Source of the DNA: Candidatus Kapaibacterium sp.
GTDB taxonomy: Bacteria; Bacteroidota; Ignavibacteria; Palsa-1295
Reading direction: 5' to 3'
Length of the DNA: 64,000 bases
Assembly: GCA_039923455.1 (NCBI GenBank)
Contig: JBDTCS010000080.1
Location: 12,079-76,078 of the forward strand
Numbering within the stretch: the stretch's first letter is position 1; the number at the start of each line of letters is the position of its first letter. Shown here one piece after another: positions 1-8,296 of this stretch. The notes below the pieces were generated by a model. The model saw nothing but the letters and a program-made list of their open reading frames with translations. It had not been told where the DNA came from and searched no databases. The translations under genes and the position numbers were made by a program.

Positions 1-1822
1 ACACGCGAGAGATCACTTGCTGCAAACTAATTTCGTCATGACGGCCTGGTGTATAGAGTCCGCCACCGGACGTGATGTCGGCATGCTGACCAAGCAGTGT
101 CCAATCGCCGCGAAAGAAATCATCCGGAAAACGAAAGCGACGACCGAGTGTAAGCGAAGCGCCCGTACGATCCACTACGTACTGATAGGCGTAGTGATTA
201 TTATATACTGTGAATCCGAGCGATGTTGGATGCTGAAACAACCACGGCTCCGTAAAGCTGATCGAAAAATTTCGGTACGCTTGTTGACCGAATTCCGCGG
301 TTACCGATAGCACCTGTCCGCCGCCACCATGGAGTGGATCGGACATATCAAAGTTGTTAAACGAAACACCGACCGAACCGGTGAGTCCGAGCGAACCGCC
401 ATAGCCAACCGATGCGTTGAACGTGTCGCTCGAACGCTCTTCGACGTTATACGTAACATCAACGTCCGTCGCGTCCGGCGGCATCTTCACTTCCGGCGAT
501 TGCAGCTTCTCTTGATTGAAATAGTTAAGCTGTGCAAGCTGACGTATCGAACGAATGATTGCTGCACGACTGAATGCTTCACCAGGCCGTGAATAGAGCT
601 CTCGGCGAACGACAAAGTCTTTCGTCTTCGTATTGCCTTGCACTTCTACAAATCGGAAAAAGTGCTGCTTTCCTTCTTGAATGCGAAGTGCGATATCGAG
701 TGAATCGCCAGGCAGGACAGTCTCTTCCTTGTTAATATTTACGAGATAGCCGCGATCGTAATAGAGCGAACCGACATCGTTAAAATCAGGTGTAGGTCCG
801 TGTGTGTTTAGCTCGAAGCGCTCGAGATTATAGATGTCGCCTTTGTTAAAACCAAGATGTTGACGAATCTCAGTTTCGGTGAACACTTCGTTCCCGAGGA
901 TCGCTATATTGCGAATACGATACTGCGGACCTTCATAGAGATGGATCAGAATGCTGAGATCATTTCCATTCTCGACCCAGACCGAATCACCGAGTATCGC
1001 GACATCACGAAATCCGTGCGATCGATAATAGGTAAGCAAGAGTTTTTTATCGATCGCGTATTTCTTCTCGTCGAAACTACCACTTGTAAAAATCTTATAC
1101 CAACGCTTCTCGTGCGTGTCATCGAAGGTACTGCGAAGATCAGCCGAAGGCACTTGCGTGTTACCTGTGAAGTCGATATGCCGAACCGTAACCTCGGCGC
1201 CCTCGCTGATATTTACATCAAGATCGACGTTGGCGGCATTCTCTTTTGTCGGAGTCTGAACAAACTTTACGTCCGCAAAATGGTAGCCTTCTTTTTCATA
1301 GAGCGCTTTGATGCGCCGACGCGCATCTTGCAACTCCCACGGACGAATGAATTCGTAATTGCGAGGATGAAAAGCTTTTTCGATCTCGGCTGTCTTGATC
1401 TCTTTGTTACCATTAATCGTAACCTTGCCGAGGCGCGGAAATTCTTTTACTTTAATGATGAGGAACACACCGAGTGAACCATCGGCTTGTGGTACTGCTT
1501 TGTCAATCGAAATTTCAACGTTGGAAAATATTCCTTGGGACCAGAGCTGCTGCATTCCTCGACGCGTCTCATCGCTTGGAATAGTAATTTTCTGACCCTT
1601 GAGCAATCCTGACTGACCGATGATTGTCTCTGCACTTCCGCTCAGATTACCTTCGACGGTGATGCCGAGAATTTTGTACTCTTGATCTACGGGTTGCGAG
1701 GGAGGTGGTGGCGCGTTGAGGCCGTTCGGACTCGATATCTGTGCAAAAGCGACCGGAAGGTTAAATGGCGCAAAAACAGCGAGAAGCGCCGCGAGCGCAA
1801 TCAATAACCGGGAAAATCGCAT
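1..1822 (-). CDS. bamA: Outer membrane protein assembly factor BamA (Omp85 family), partial: signal peptide, POTRA repeats and start of barrel; 3' end runs off the window
   Basis: Hand translation of the minus strand from ATG 1822..1820 gives MRFSRLLIALAALLAVFAPFNLPVAFAQ (signal peptide), then POTRA-like repeats, then FSISFTEPWLFQHPTSLGFTVYNNHY (barrel start). The frame stays open to position 1. The ORF track omits it because it is edge-truncated. uppS lies immediately upstream on the same strand, the conserved uppS...bamA arrangement. Confidence 0.85.
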   Translation of the reverse strand, partial: MRFSRLLIALAALLAVFAPFNLPVAFAQISSPNGLNAPPPPSQPVDQEYKILGITVEGNLSGSAETIIGQSGLLKGQKITIPSDETRRGMQQLWSQGIFSNVEISIDKAVPQADGSLGVFLIIKVKEFPRLGKVTINGNKEIKTAEIEKAFHPRNYEFIRPWELQDARRRIKALYEKEGYHFADVKFVQTPTKENAANVDLDVNISEGAEVTVRHIDFTGNTQVPSADLRSTFDDTHEKRWYKIFTSGSFDEKKYAIDKKLLLTYYRSHGFRDVAILGDSVWVENGNDLSILIHLYEGPQYRIRNIAILGNEVFTETEIRQHLGFNKGDIYNLERFELNTHGPTPDFNDVGSLYYDRGYLVNINKEETVLPGDSLDIALRIQEGKQHFFRFVEVQGNTKTKDFVVRRELYSRPGEAFSRAAIIRSIRQLAQLNYFNQEKLQSPEVKMPPDATDVDVTYNVEERSSDTFNASVGYGGSLGLTGSVGVSFNNFDMSDPLHGGGGQVLSVTAEFGQQAYRNFSISFTEPWLFQHPTSLGFTVYNNHYAYQYVVDRTGASLTLGRRFRFPDDFFRGDWTLLGQHADITSGGGLYTPGRHDEISLQQVISRV

Positions 1823-2101
1823 CAGATACTACTTTGTCTTGTAAGATTCGTGTAAACTACCCTGTTCAAATACCCCGCAATCGGCTCAATGTTTCACGCA
1901 AAAACCGTTTTTGGCATTTTAGCGTGAGGCGACATCTAACACCGCAGTCTCGGATAGAACTCCGCAAATTGGGGCTAAGCTTGCGTCAGCCTTGAAAGTG
2001 AGGATCGCTTTTATTGCGGTTGCAAAATAGGTCGCAGCTGAGCGGTAGGGTGCAATCCGGTCGGGTTATACCGCGATTCGGCTTAACGAAAAATCTTCGA
2101 G

Positions 2102-3022
2102 TTAAGAGTTCTTGCCCGTGATTGTGCTGATCAGACGTTCCACGTAGCTTTTGTGTTCTTCGCTGACCGCATCATCTTGCTTCACCTGAGCTCCGGTAAG
2201 GCCAAAGCGGCGCTCGCGTTTTTGGTAATCGCGGATCGCGTCATATAAATTCTCTCGACGGAAATCGGGCCAGTAGGTATTGGTTACATATATCTCGCTA
2301 TATGCAAGCTCCCAAAGCATAAAGTTCGAAAGCCGAAGTTCACCGGAGGTGCGAATCAGCAGATCGGGATCGGGTAAGTTCGCAGTTGTGAGATACGAGC
2401 GAACAAGATTATCGGTAATATCTTCGGGCGAAATTTTTCCACGGCGAACATCGAGTGCAAGCGTTTGCATTGCACGAACAAGGTCCCAGCGTCCGGAGTA
2501 TGAAAGTGCGAGTGTGAGTGTGAGGCGTGTGTTGTCGGAGGTTTTTTCCATCGCCTGAAAAAGCTCACGCTGTACTTCTTTCGGCAATGCGTTCGTCTGT
2601 CCGATTGTATTCAGCCGCACACCATTCTCCCGCATTTCATCCAGCTCTTCACGCAACATTTTAAGTAGCAGACGCATAAGCATGGAAATCTCTTTGCGCG
2701 GACGTTTCCAATTTTCCGTGCTGAAAGCATACACCGTTAAATATTCCAAACCCAACTCTCGGGATGCGCGCGTAGCATCACGCACACTTGCAATTCCGGC
2801 TTGATGCCCCGCAATGCGTGGCAGGCCGCGCTCTTCAGCCCAGCGACCATTTCCATCCATGATCACAGCGATGTGATTCGGTACTTTACCGGCGCGAAGA
2901 AGCTCCTGCTGTACTTCTTTATCCTCGGCCGTCTGTTTGTATGGTGTGCTTCTAAGAAATCGGCTCAAGAGTGGTTTGGGCTTTATTGATTCAGAATGCT
3001 TCAAGTTCCGAAACGTATACAA
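2102..3022 (-). CDS. uppS: Undecaprenyl diphosphate synthase (cis-prenyltransferase)
   Basis: Motifs HIAVIMDGNGRWA, YAFSTENWKRP and RTSGELRLSNFMLWELAYSEIYVT closely match E. coli UppS. The track start at 3022 is a TTG, so the true start is probably internal and is uncertain. Confidence 0.85.
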   Translation of the reverse strand: MYTFRNLKHSESIKPKPLLSRFLRSTPYKQTAEDKEVQQELLRAGKVPNHIAVIMDGNGRWAEERGLPRIAGHQAGIASVRDATRASRELGLEYLTVYAFSTENWKRPRKEISMLMRLLLKMLREELDEMRENGVRLNTIGQTNALPKEVQRELFQAMEKTSDNTRLTLTLALSYSGRWDLVRAMQTLALDVRRGKISPEDITDNLVRSYLTTANLPDPDLLIRTSGELRLSNFMLWELAYSEIYVTNTYWPDFRRENLYDAIRDYQKRERRFGLTGAQVKQDDAVSEEHKSYVERLISTITGKNS

Positions 3023-3112
3023 CAGAAGAAGAATGCACTTGTTTGGCTAAATGGTTCGGGAAAAATGGGTGCCTATAAGGTCGGTGGTTGATGTCCTGCG
3101 TCCTCGATCTAA

Positions 3113-3150
3113 TAAAAAAGAGGCAGCGAAGTTGTTACTTCACTGCCCCT
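3113..3150 (-). terminator. Rho-independent terminator after the Spy/CpxP-like gene
   Basis: Hairpin ggcagcgaag/cttcactgcc at 3123-3148. On the minus strand it is followed by a T-run (the plus-strand A-run at 3113-3119). Confidence 0.5.
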
Positions 3151-3205
3151 TCTAATCTGGGCTTAGCGCATTTCCTTACGCTTTTGCTAACTCGAGTCCG
3201 AGACT

Positions 3206-3655
3206 TTAGTGGCCTCTATGCTCGCGACGATCTTCGCGCATCTCCTTGAACTTCTTGAGTTGTTCCGGAGTAAGTACACCTTTGAGTTGTCCTCGCATCG
3301 CTTTCTGATCTGTGCGAAGTTGCATGCGTGCGGCTTTGCGATTAGCATCGGTTGCAGCATGTACGGCATCACGATCCGCACGAAGCCTTGCGGCATTTTG
3401 CTCAAGCACTGTGCGCATTTGCGCAGCTTGCTGATCGGTTAGGTTGAGCTTTTTCTGTAAGTGCTCCATCCGCTTTTGGATCTTCTCTTCCGGTGTGAGC
3501 TTCTGATAGGTTGTCGCCGGTGCAATCTGACCCGGCGGCGTTTGGGCGGCTGTTTGTGCGGATGCCTGCGTGTTCATCGCAGTCACACCCATTAGGCTCA
3601 AACCAAGAACCATCACTCCTGTGCGCATTCCAATCTTCATTCTGTTCGTATTCAT
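3206..3655 (-). CDS. Periplasmic LTXXQ-motif protein (Spy/CpxP/ZraP-like chaperone family)
   Basis: Signal peptide MRTGVMVLGLSLMGVTA. Two LTXXQ motifs (LTDQQAAQMRTVL, LTPEQLKKFKEMRE). Predicted all-helical charged protein of 149 aa. Confidence 0.6.
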   Translation of the reverse strand: MNTNRMKIGMRTGVMVLGLSLMGVTAMNTQASAQTAAQTPPGQIAPATTYQKLTPEEKIQKRMEHLQKKLNLTDQQAAQMRTVLEQNAARLRADRDAVHAATDANRKAARMQLRTDQKAMRGQLKGVLTPEQLKKFKEMREDRREHRGH

Positions 3656-3802
3656 AGCATTATCTCGTATTAATGTTCAGAGCCTTTTGCTCTTCTGAAA
3701 GACTAATGTCCTTCCCTCACGAATAGATAGAGCGATTAGGGTGCCATCGGTTTAAGCGCGTGGAATGAATTCTTTGTAAGCGAGAACAAATGCGATGCGA
3801 TG

Positions 3803-4177
3803 TTAAGATCGTTTTCGATGACGTTCCCCTTTCGTCTCCCAGTTCTCGTTACGAAGCGCGTTGAATTTTTTTATCTGTTCTGCAGTGAGAATGCTCTTTA
3901 GCTCGGCGAGCATCGACTTACGATCTGCATTTAGTTTTTTGCGAGCGGCTTTGCGATTGGTATCGGTCGCATTGTTATAGGCTTCGCGATCTTTGTGAAG
4001 CTGCGCTTGATCTTTCTCGAAGATCCTTCGCAGTGCCGCTGTCGCCTGATCGGAAAGTCCGAGTTCTTTTTTAAGAAATGCAACTCGCTGCTCCAACTGA
4101 GCACTTCGAGAAGGTTGCGCACTCACGGAACTTCCAACAAGCATGAGCACTACTAACACCAAAACCGATCGCACCAT
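3803..4177 (-). CDS. Periplasmic LTXXQ-motif protein, tandem paralog of the previous gene
   Basis: The internal ATG at 4177 gives the signal peptide MVRSVLVLVVLMLVGSSVSAQ (the track ORF extends upstream to 4273). Motifs LSDQATAALRRIF and LTAEQIKKFNALRNE. Same architecture as 3206..3655. Confidence 0.55.
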   Translation of the reverse strand: MVRSVLVLVVLMLVGSSVSAQPSRSAQLEQRVAFLKKELGLSDQATAALRRIFEKDQAQLHKDREAYNNATDTNRKAARKKLNADRKSMLAELKSILTAEQIKKFNALRNENWETKGERHRKRS

Positions 4178-4370
4178 AGTCTGAGTTAAATAAGTCGGAT
4201 AGGTCCGATGAGACCGATGAGTCCCATAATTCCCAATTACCGCGACCACTAACAAGCCAGCCCGAATCTTCATTCGAGGGAGGCTGCAATAAGGATAAGA
4301 TTGAATTTCGGAACCGCCGCTTGCTGAGGCCTGTTGCAGTCGTCCCTGTCAGAAAGCCGATGCAGGAACA

Positions 4371-4481
4371 GAGCTTGGGCCCAAGTCCCATGCAACGCGG
4401 GCGCGCCCAACCGAGTCAGGTCCGGAAGGAAGCAGCTCTCAGCGATTGCACGTGTGTGACGTGGTCAGCTTGGACCCGATT
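4371..4481 (+). ncRNA. ffs: Signal recognition particle RNA (small 4.5S-type SRP RNA)
   Basis: Contains the near-invariant domain IV sequence GUCAGGUCCGGAAGGAAGCAGC (4415-4436), flanked by CAUGCAACGC and ACGUGUGUGACGUGG. These align with E. coli 4.5S RNA (CCCGCAACGC...GUCAGGUCCGGAAGGAAGCAGCC...GCGUGUGCC). The ends (GGGCCCAAG / CUUGGACCC) can pair. Boundaries are approximate. Confidence 0.75.
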
Positions 4482-4487
4482 TTACAA

Positions 4488-4533
4488 AGACGCCCGCGGA
4501 AAGCATGAGCTTTTACCGCGGGCGTCTTTTTTT
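4488..4533 (+). terminator. Rho-independent terminator immediately downstream of ffs
   Basis: Perfect 12-bp stem agacgcccgcgg / ccgcgggcgtct with a 17-nt loop, followed by TTTTTTT (4527-4533). Confidence 0.75.
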
Positions 4534-5242
4534 GCAATATCGCTCCGCTCTTCCTACCTAAGTTTTCAGCAAACGAACGAATATGCAGAATTCCGTCCCT
4601 GGGAAGCTTTCTTAGTGCTCTTGCGGTTGTTAGTAGCGTAATGTGGAATGCTCCGCTCATTTGCAAGGAGGGTGTAGCTTTTAATAGGCTGAAAAACAGC
4701 GATTTTCGCATGAAAACAGCCAAAAAGTTAGTTTTCTCCCGAATGATCCGTATTTTGCGTACGAACGGATAAGATCGCGCAGGCGCGCAATCGGCGCTTT
4801 TTCGCTCTTTTTCCGGAATTGACTTAATGAACAGTGCTCGAACGGGTTAGCCTGTGAAGCCTTGCATCGAAATTGTTGTGCGATGTGTGAGCTTGCAGGA
4901 GGGTTTTCCCAAGCGAGTGGATGAATGCTTTGATAGCAGTGCAGCATGTTAGCGAGTTCTTGTGATCTTCGCGGTGCGGCACAGAGAAGAGGTTCAGTTG
5001 AATTACAACCAAACTATTTTATACCGATAACATTCTCTTCGTTTCAGGCACCACGCTCTCGTGAGCTTTTTTGGTGCAGTAGACGGAAGGGCATTCGGAA
5101 TAAATTGGAAGTGTACGCTGGGCAGTTGTTTTATATGTATTTGTAACCATGCAGTCGTTCGTTCTCTTTCTCATTTCTATGCTTGACCGCATCGCTCCGT
5201 GGCGTGCGGGTCTTTGCGCTTTCCCTTCGGGGAAAAAATCAT

Positions 5243-5305
5243 CGATGATCCATTACGGATCGACGATGATCCGTAGCGGATCGAGGACGATCCGTAGCGC
5301 AAAGC
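5243..5305. repeat. 21-bp imperfect tandem repeat (about 2.7 copies) inside a long non-coding region
   Basis: cgatgatccattacggatcga / cgatgatccgtagcggatcga / ggacgatccgtagcgcaaagc, read directly. Preceded by the small hairpin ttccc-ttcg-gggaa. Confidence 0.5.
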
Positions 5306-5820
5306 GAGCCACCGATGGGAGAACGCTCGTCCATATGCTCGCGCCGATCTTCGGCGACATCCGAACACATGCGAGACGGCCTGATGTGTGGCTACGATTC
5401 GTACCGAATCCAACCCCAAGTGACACTCGACGATTTTCAGGCTTGCAACTTTGTCCCGCACTCCTTGACGAGCGCACGACCAACTTGCGGCGAAGAACAT
5501 CTGTTACACATTATCCGGGAGCCGCTGTACATCGCAGCGATGGGCCCCCTGTGTTGCGGCGATCTTGCAACGATCTGCTGAAAATCTGTCGATAACGGTT
5601 TTGTGCTTCCTCTGAAAAAAGAGTGCAGCGTAATCGCGTGGACATTTTAGTGTCGCGTTGATGAAATCCGCACGCACTCGCAGGCTCTTGCTATTTCTAT
5701 CATTCGTCCCTCACGCGAAATCCCTAAGCTTTTTTCGAAAGCTTCAACCCTTACAGCGCTGTGGTTTGAACTCCAATAGCGGATTGGAAAGCTATTGGTT
5801 TTAGCTGAAGGAAACTATAC

Positions 5821-7848
5821 ATGCTCCGACTAAATAAGGAGATCATCATCAATGCTCAAAGTGATGATGAGATCCGAATAGCAATAACCGAGAACAACCG
5901 CCTGGTTGAGCTCTTTATCGAAACACCTGAGACCGAGCGCCATGTGGGCGATGTCTATCTCGGAAAAATCGCAAAGGTGATCCCTGGCATGAACGCCGCC
6001 TTTGTGAATGTAGGCTTGGAACAAGATGCCTTCCTCCATTTCTCCGACGTCGGCGATTCATTCGAATCCGCCACAGCCTTCATCTCCGGCGAAGATGCCG
6101 AGATGACCGATGATGACGACGAAGAAGATGAGGACAATGATTATCTCGTGGAAGAAGGCGCTACTGCCGCTGAGCAGAAAGTACTTCGTCCGCGAGGCCC
6201 CCGACCTGGTGCACCATCACGCGGGCAAGATCGCAACGGACGCGGACGCGCACCTGCTGCACCCGCAGAAGAGAGCGGCCCAAAGCCACTCGAACTTCGA
6301 TTGGCCAGTCAAAAAGAGGACAAGCCAGCACCGGCACCCGCATTTCGCGGACCGCAGAATAACAATTTCCCAACGATGCTCCAGCCCAACGTTACGCTGG
6401 AATCAGGGAAAAATATTCTCGTGCAAGTAACACGTGAAGCGTTCGCCAATAAAGGCGTGCGCGTTACGAGTCGCATTTCTTTGCCTGGCAGATTTCTGGT
6501 GCTCGTTCCATTCGAACCGGGTATCGGCATCAGCCGTAAAGTCTATTCGGTTCGCGAACGTAGCCGCTTGCGCCGCATCGTGCGTTCGCTTAAGCCACGT
6601 GAACTTGGCGTGATCATTCGAACGGTCGCGGAGAACAAAGAAGAATCTGCGCTTCGTGAAGATCTCGAGAAGCTTCTCGAACAATGGCGCGAGATCGAGA
6701 AAAAGATTAAAGAGGGCAACTCGCCACAACTCGTGTATCAGGATACGAGCCTCACGTCGAGCGTCATGCGTGACCTCTTCACGCCGGACATCACGCGCAT
6801 CATCATCGATTCGAAAAAGATGCATCGTGAAGTACTCGATTACGTCGAGTGGGCTGCGCCGAACTTGACGGGCACCGTTGAACTTTATCGCGATACGCAA
6901 CCGCTATTCGATTCGTTTAATATTGAGCGACAGATCGAGCAGACGCTCGTGCGTAAAATACCCTTGCCATCTGGCGGATATCTTTTCGTTGAACATACCG
7001 AAGCAATGGTGGTCATCGATGTCAACTCAGGCCGCTATGCTGCAAGACGTGAGCAAGAGCTGAACTCGCTCAAGACGAATCTGGAAGCTGCACGTGAAAT
7101 CTCAAGACAATTGCGTCTGCGAGATATCGGCGGTATCATCGTTGTCGATTTTATCGACATGAACGAAGAGCGCAACAAAAAGAAAGTCTATGATGAGATG
7201 AAGAAGGAGTTTCGCAAAGATCGCGCGAAATCATCCATACTTCCACTCACCGAATTCGGCTTGATGCAGATCACGCGTCAGCGTATTCGTCAGTCAATCG
7301 TGCAGGCACTCTCGGAGAAGTGTCCGGTTTGCGCGGGTACAGGCATGCTCGTTTCCAAGACGACGATCATCAAACAGATCGAACGCTGGCTCGAGCGCTT
7401 CCGCGCAGAATCCGGTGAGCGCAGGCTGGTACTATCGGTCCATCCGACGCTTGGAGATATGCTAAAATCAGGACTGATGTCGCCACTGCGTCATTTACAG
7501 ATGAGTTACTTTGTTCGCATCAAGCTTGAACTTGACGAAGCACTCACAGGCGATGACTTCCGATTTTATAGTCCGAAGCAGAAGAAAGATATCACCGAAG
7601 AATTTTCTTCCGGTGCAGAATCAACCGATCGCCCATACACGGATGAAGAAGATGATCTCGGCGAGAGCCGCATCAGTCACGTCGAAGATGCTCCTGTCAG
7701 TTCCGGCGGATTGCAACTCAAGCGCAAGAATGATCTTCCGGAAGCACCGGAACATGACACACACGGAGCGCCGACGAACAATCGTCGAGGACCACGTGAA
7801 CAGCGTGGCGGAGGCCGTCGTGAGTCGAGGGATCGCGGTAGAAAGTAA
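5821..7848 (+). CDS. Ribonuclease E/G family endoribonuclease (S1 domain, catalytic core, C-terminal Arg-rich tail)
   Basis: N-terminal S1 domain (GDVYLGKIAKVIPGMNAAFVNVG). RNase E/G catalytic core (GGYLFVEHTEAMVVIDVNSG, LRDIGGIIVVDFIDM). Zn-link-like CPVCAGTG. Acidic insert (DDDDEEDEDNDY) and an RG-rich C-terminus. 675 aa. Confidence 0.85.
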   Translation: MLRLNKEIIINAQSDDEIRIAITENNRLVELFIETPETERHVGDVYLGKIAKVIPGMNAAFVNVGLEQDAFLHFSDVGDSFESATAFISGEDAEMTDDDDEEDEDNDYLVEEGATAAEQKVLRPRGPRPGAPSRGQDRNGRGRAPAAPAEESGPKPLELRLASQKEDKPAPAPAFRGPQNNNFPTMLQPNVTLESGKNILVQVTREAFANKGVRVTSRISLPGRFLVLVPFEPGIGISRKVYSVRERSRLRRIVRSLKPRELGVIIRTVAENKEESALREDLEKLLEQWREIEKKIKEGNSPQLVYQDTSLTSSVMRDLFTPDITRIIIDSKKMHREVLDYVEWAAPNLTGTVELYRDTQPLFDSFNIERQIEQTLVRKIPLPSGGYLFVEHTEAMVVIDVNSGRYAARREQELNSLKTNLEAAREISRQLRLRDIGGIIVVDFIDMNEERNKKKVYDEMKKEFRKDRAKSSILPLTEFGLMQITRQRIRQSIVQALSEKCPVCAGTGMLVSKTTIIKQIERWLERFRAESGERRLVLSVHPTLGDMLKSGLMSPLRHLQMSYFVRIKLELDEALTGDDFRFYSPKQKKDITEEFSSGAESTDRPYTDEEDDLGESRISHVEDAPVSSGGLQLKRKNDLPEAPEHDTHGAPTNNRRGPREQRGGGRRESRDRGRK

Positions 7849-7870
7849 TACTATCGATATAAATTGGAAA

Positions 7871-7902
7871 CACCCTTTGAGTAATCAAAGGGTGTTTTTT
7901 TT
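7871..7902 (+). terminator. Rho-independent terminator after the RNase E/G gene
   Basis: Stem caccctttga / tcaaagggtg, loop gtaa, then TTTTTTTT. Confidence 0.75.
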
Positions 7903-8296
7903 GCGCACGAATCGAATTACGCTTGCAGCAACGTATTCCTACACTTGCAGTAGATGCTTTCCGTCTGATTACACTTCCATGAGTTCTCTTTCATTTCACT
8001 CTGATTGGAAATGACTTAGCGAAAATAATTTGTAGTGAAACGAGAACAATTGATTTCGTACAGAATTCGACCGCTCGAATTCATGATTTTTTGGCATTGC
8101 GAAATCTCTGGCACAGAAATGCGATATACTCTTTACAGCCAATCTGAGAAAGGCAGAATGTTTAAGTTGATGAGCAATCGTCCTTACATACTACCAATCA
8201 AAGAAAAGCTACAATGTGGTGAAGGTGAAAGAAGCGCATATGGCCTGAAGTGAATAACTTCGGGCTGTATGCGTTTAAAGCTTTTTGATTCGTGAG

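Noticed and set aside
4321-5600. Numerous 60-150-aa ORFs in the track on both strands (e.g. 4321..4641, 4439..4723, 5149..5595, 5177..5500)
   Set aside because: They overlap ffs and its terminator, or overlap each other in several frames. They have no RBS or signal logic and give low-complexity or Arg/Cys-rich translations. I treat the region as non-coding.
4560-5820. RNase P RNA, tmRNA or 6S RNA hidden in the long non-coding region
   Set aside because: I searched by eye for the P4 motifs (AGGAAAGUCCGGGC / ACAGAAACCCGGCUUA) and the tmRNA 3' end (GGUUCGAAUCC...CCA) and found none. A proper CM search is still needed.
8035-8253. 72-aa ORF in the RNase E/G to M1 peptidase intergenic region
   Set aside because: No RBS, odd composition, and it lies between a terminator and the convergent gene's 3' end. 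It is likely non-coding.
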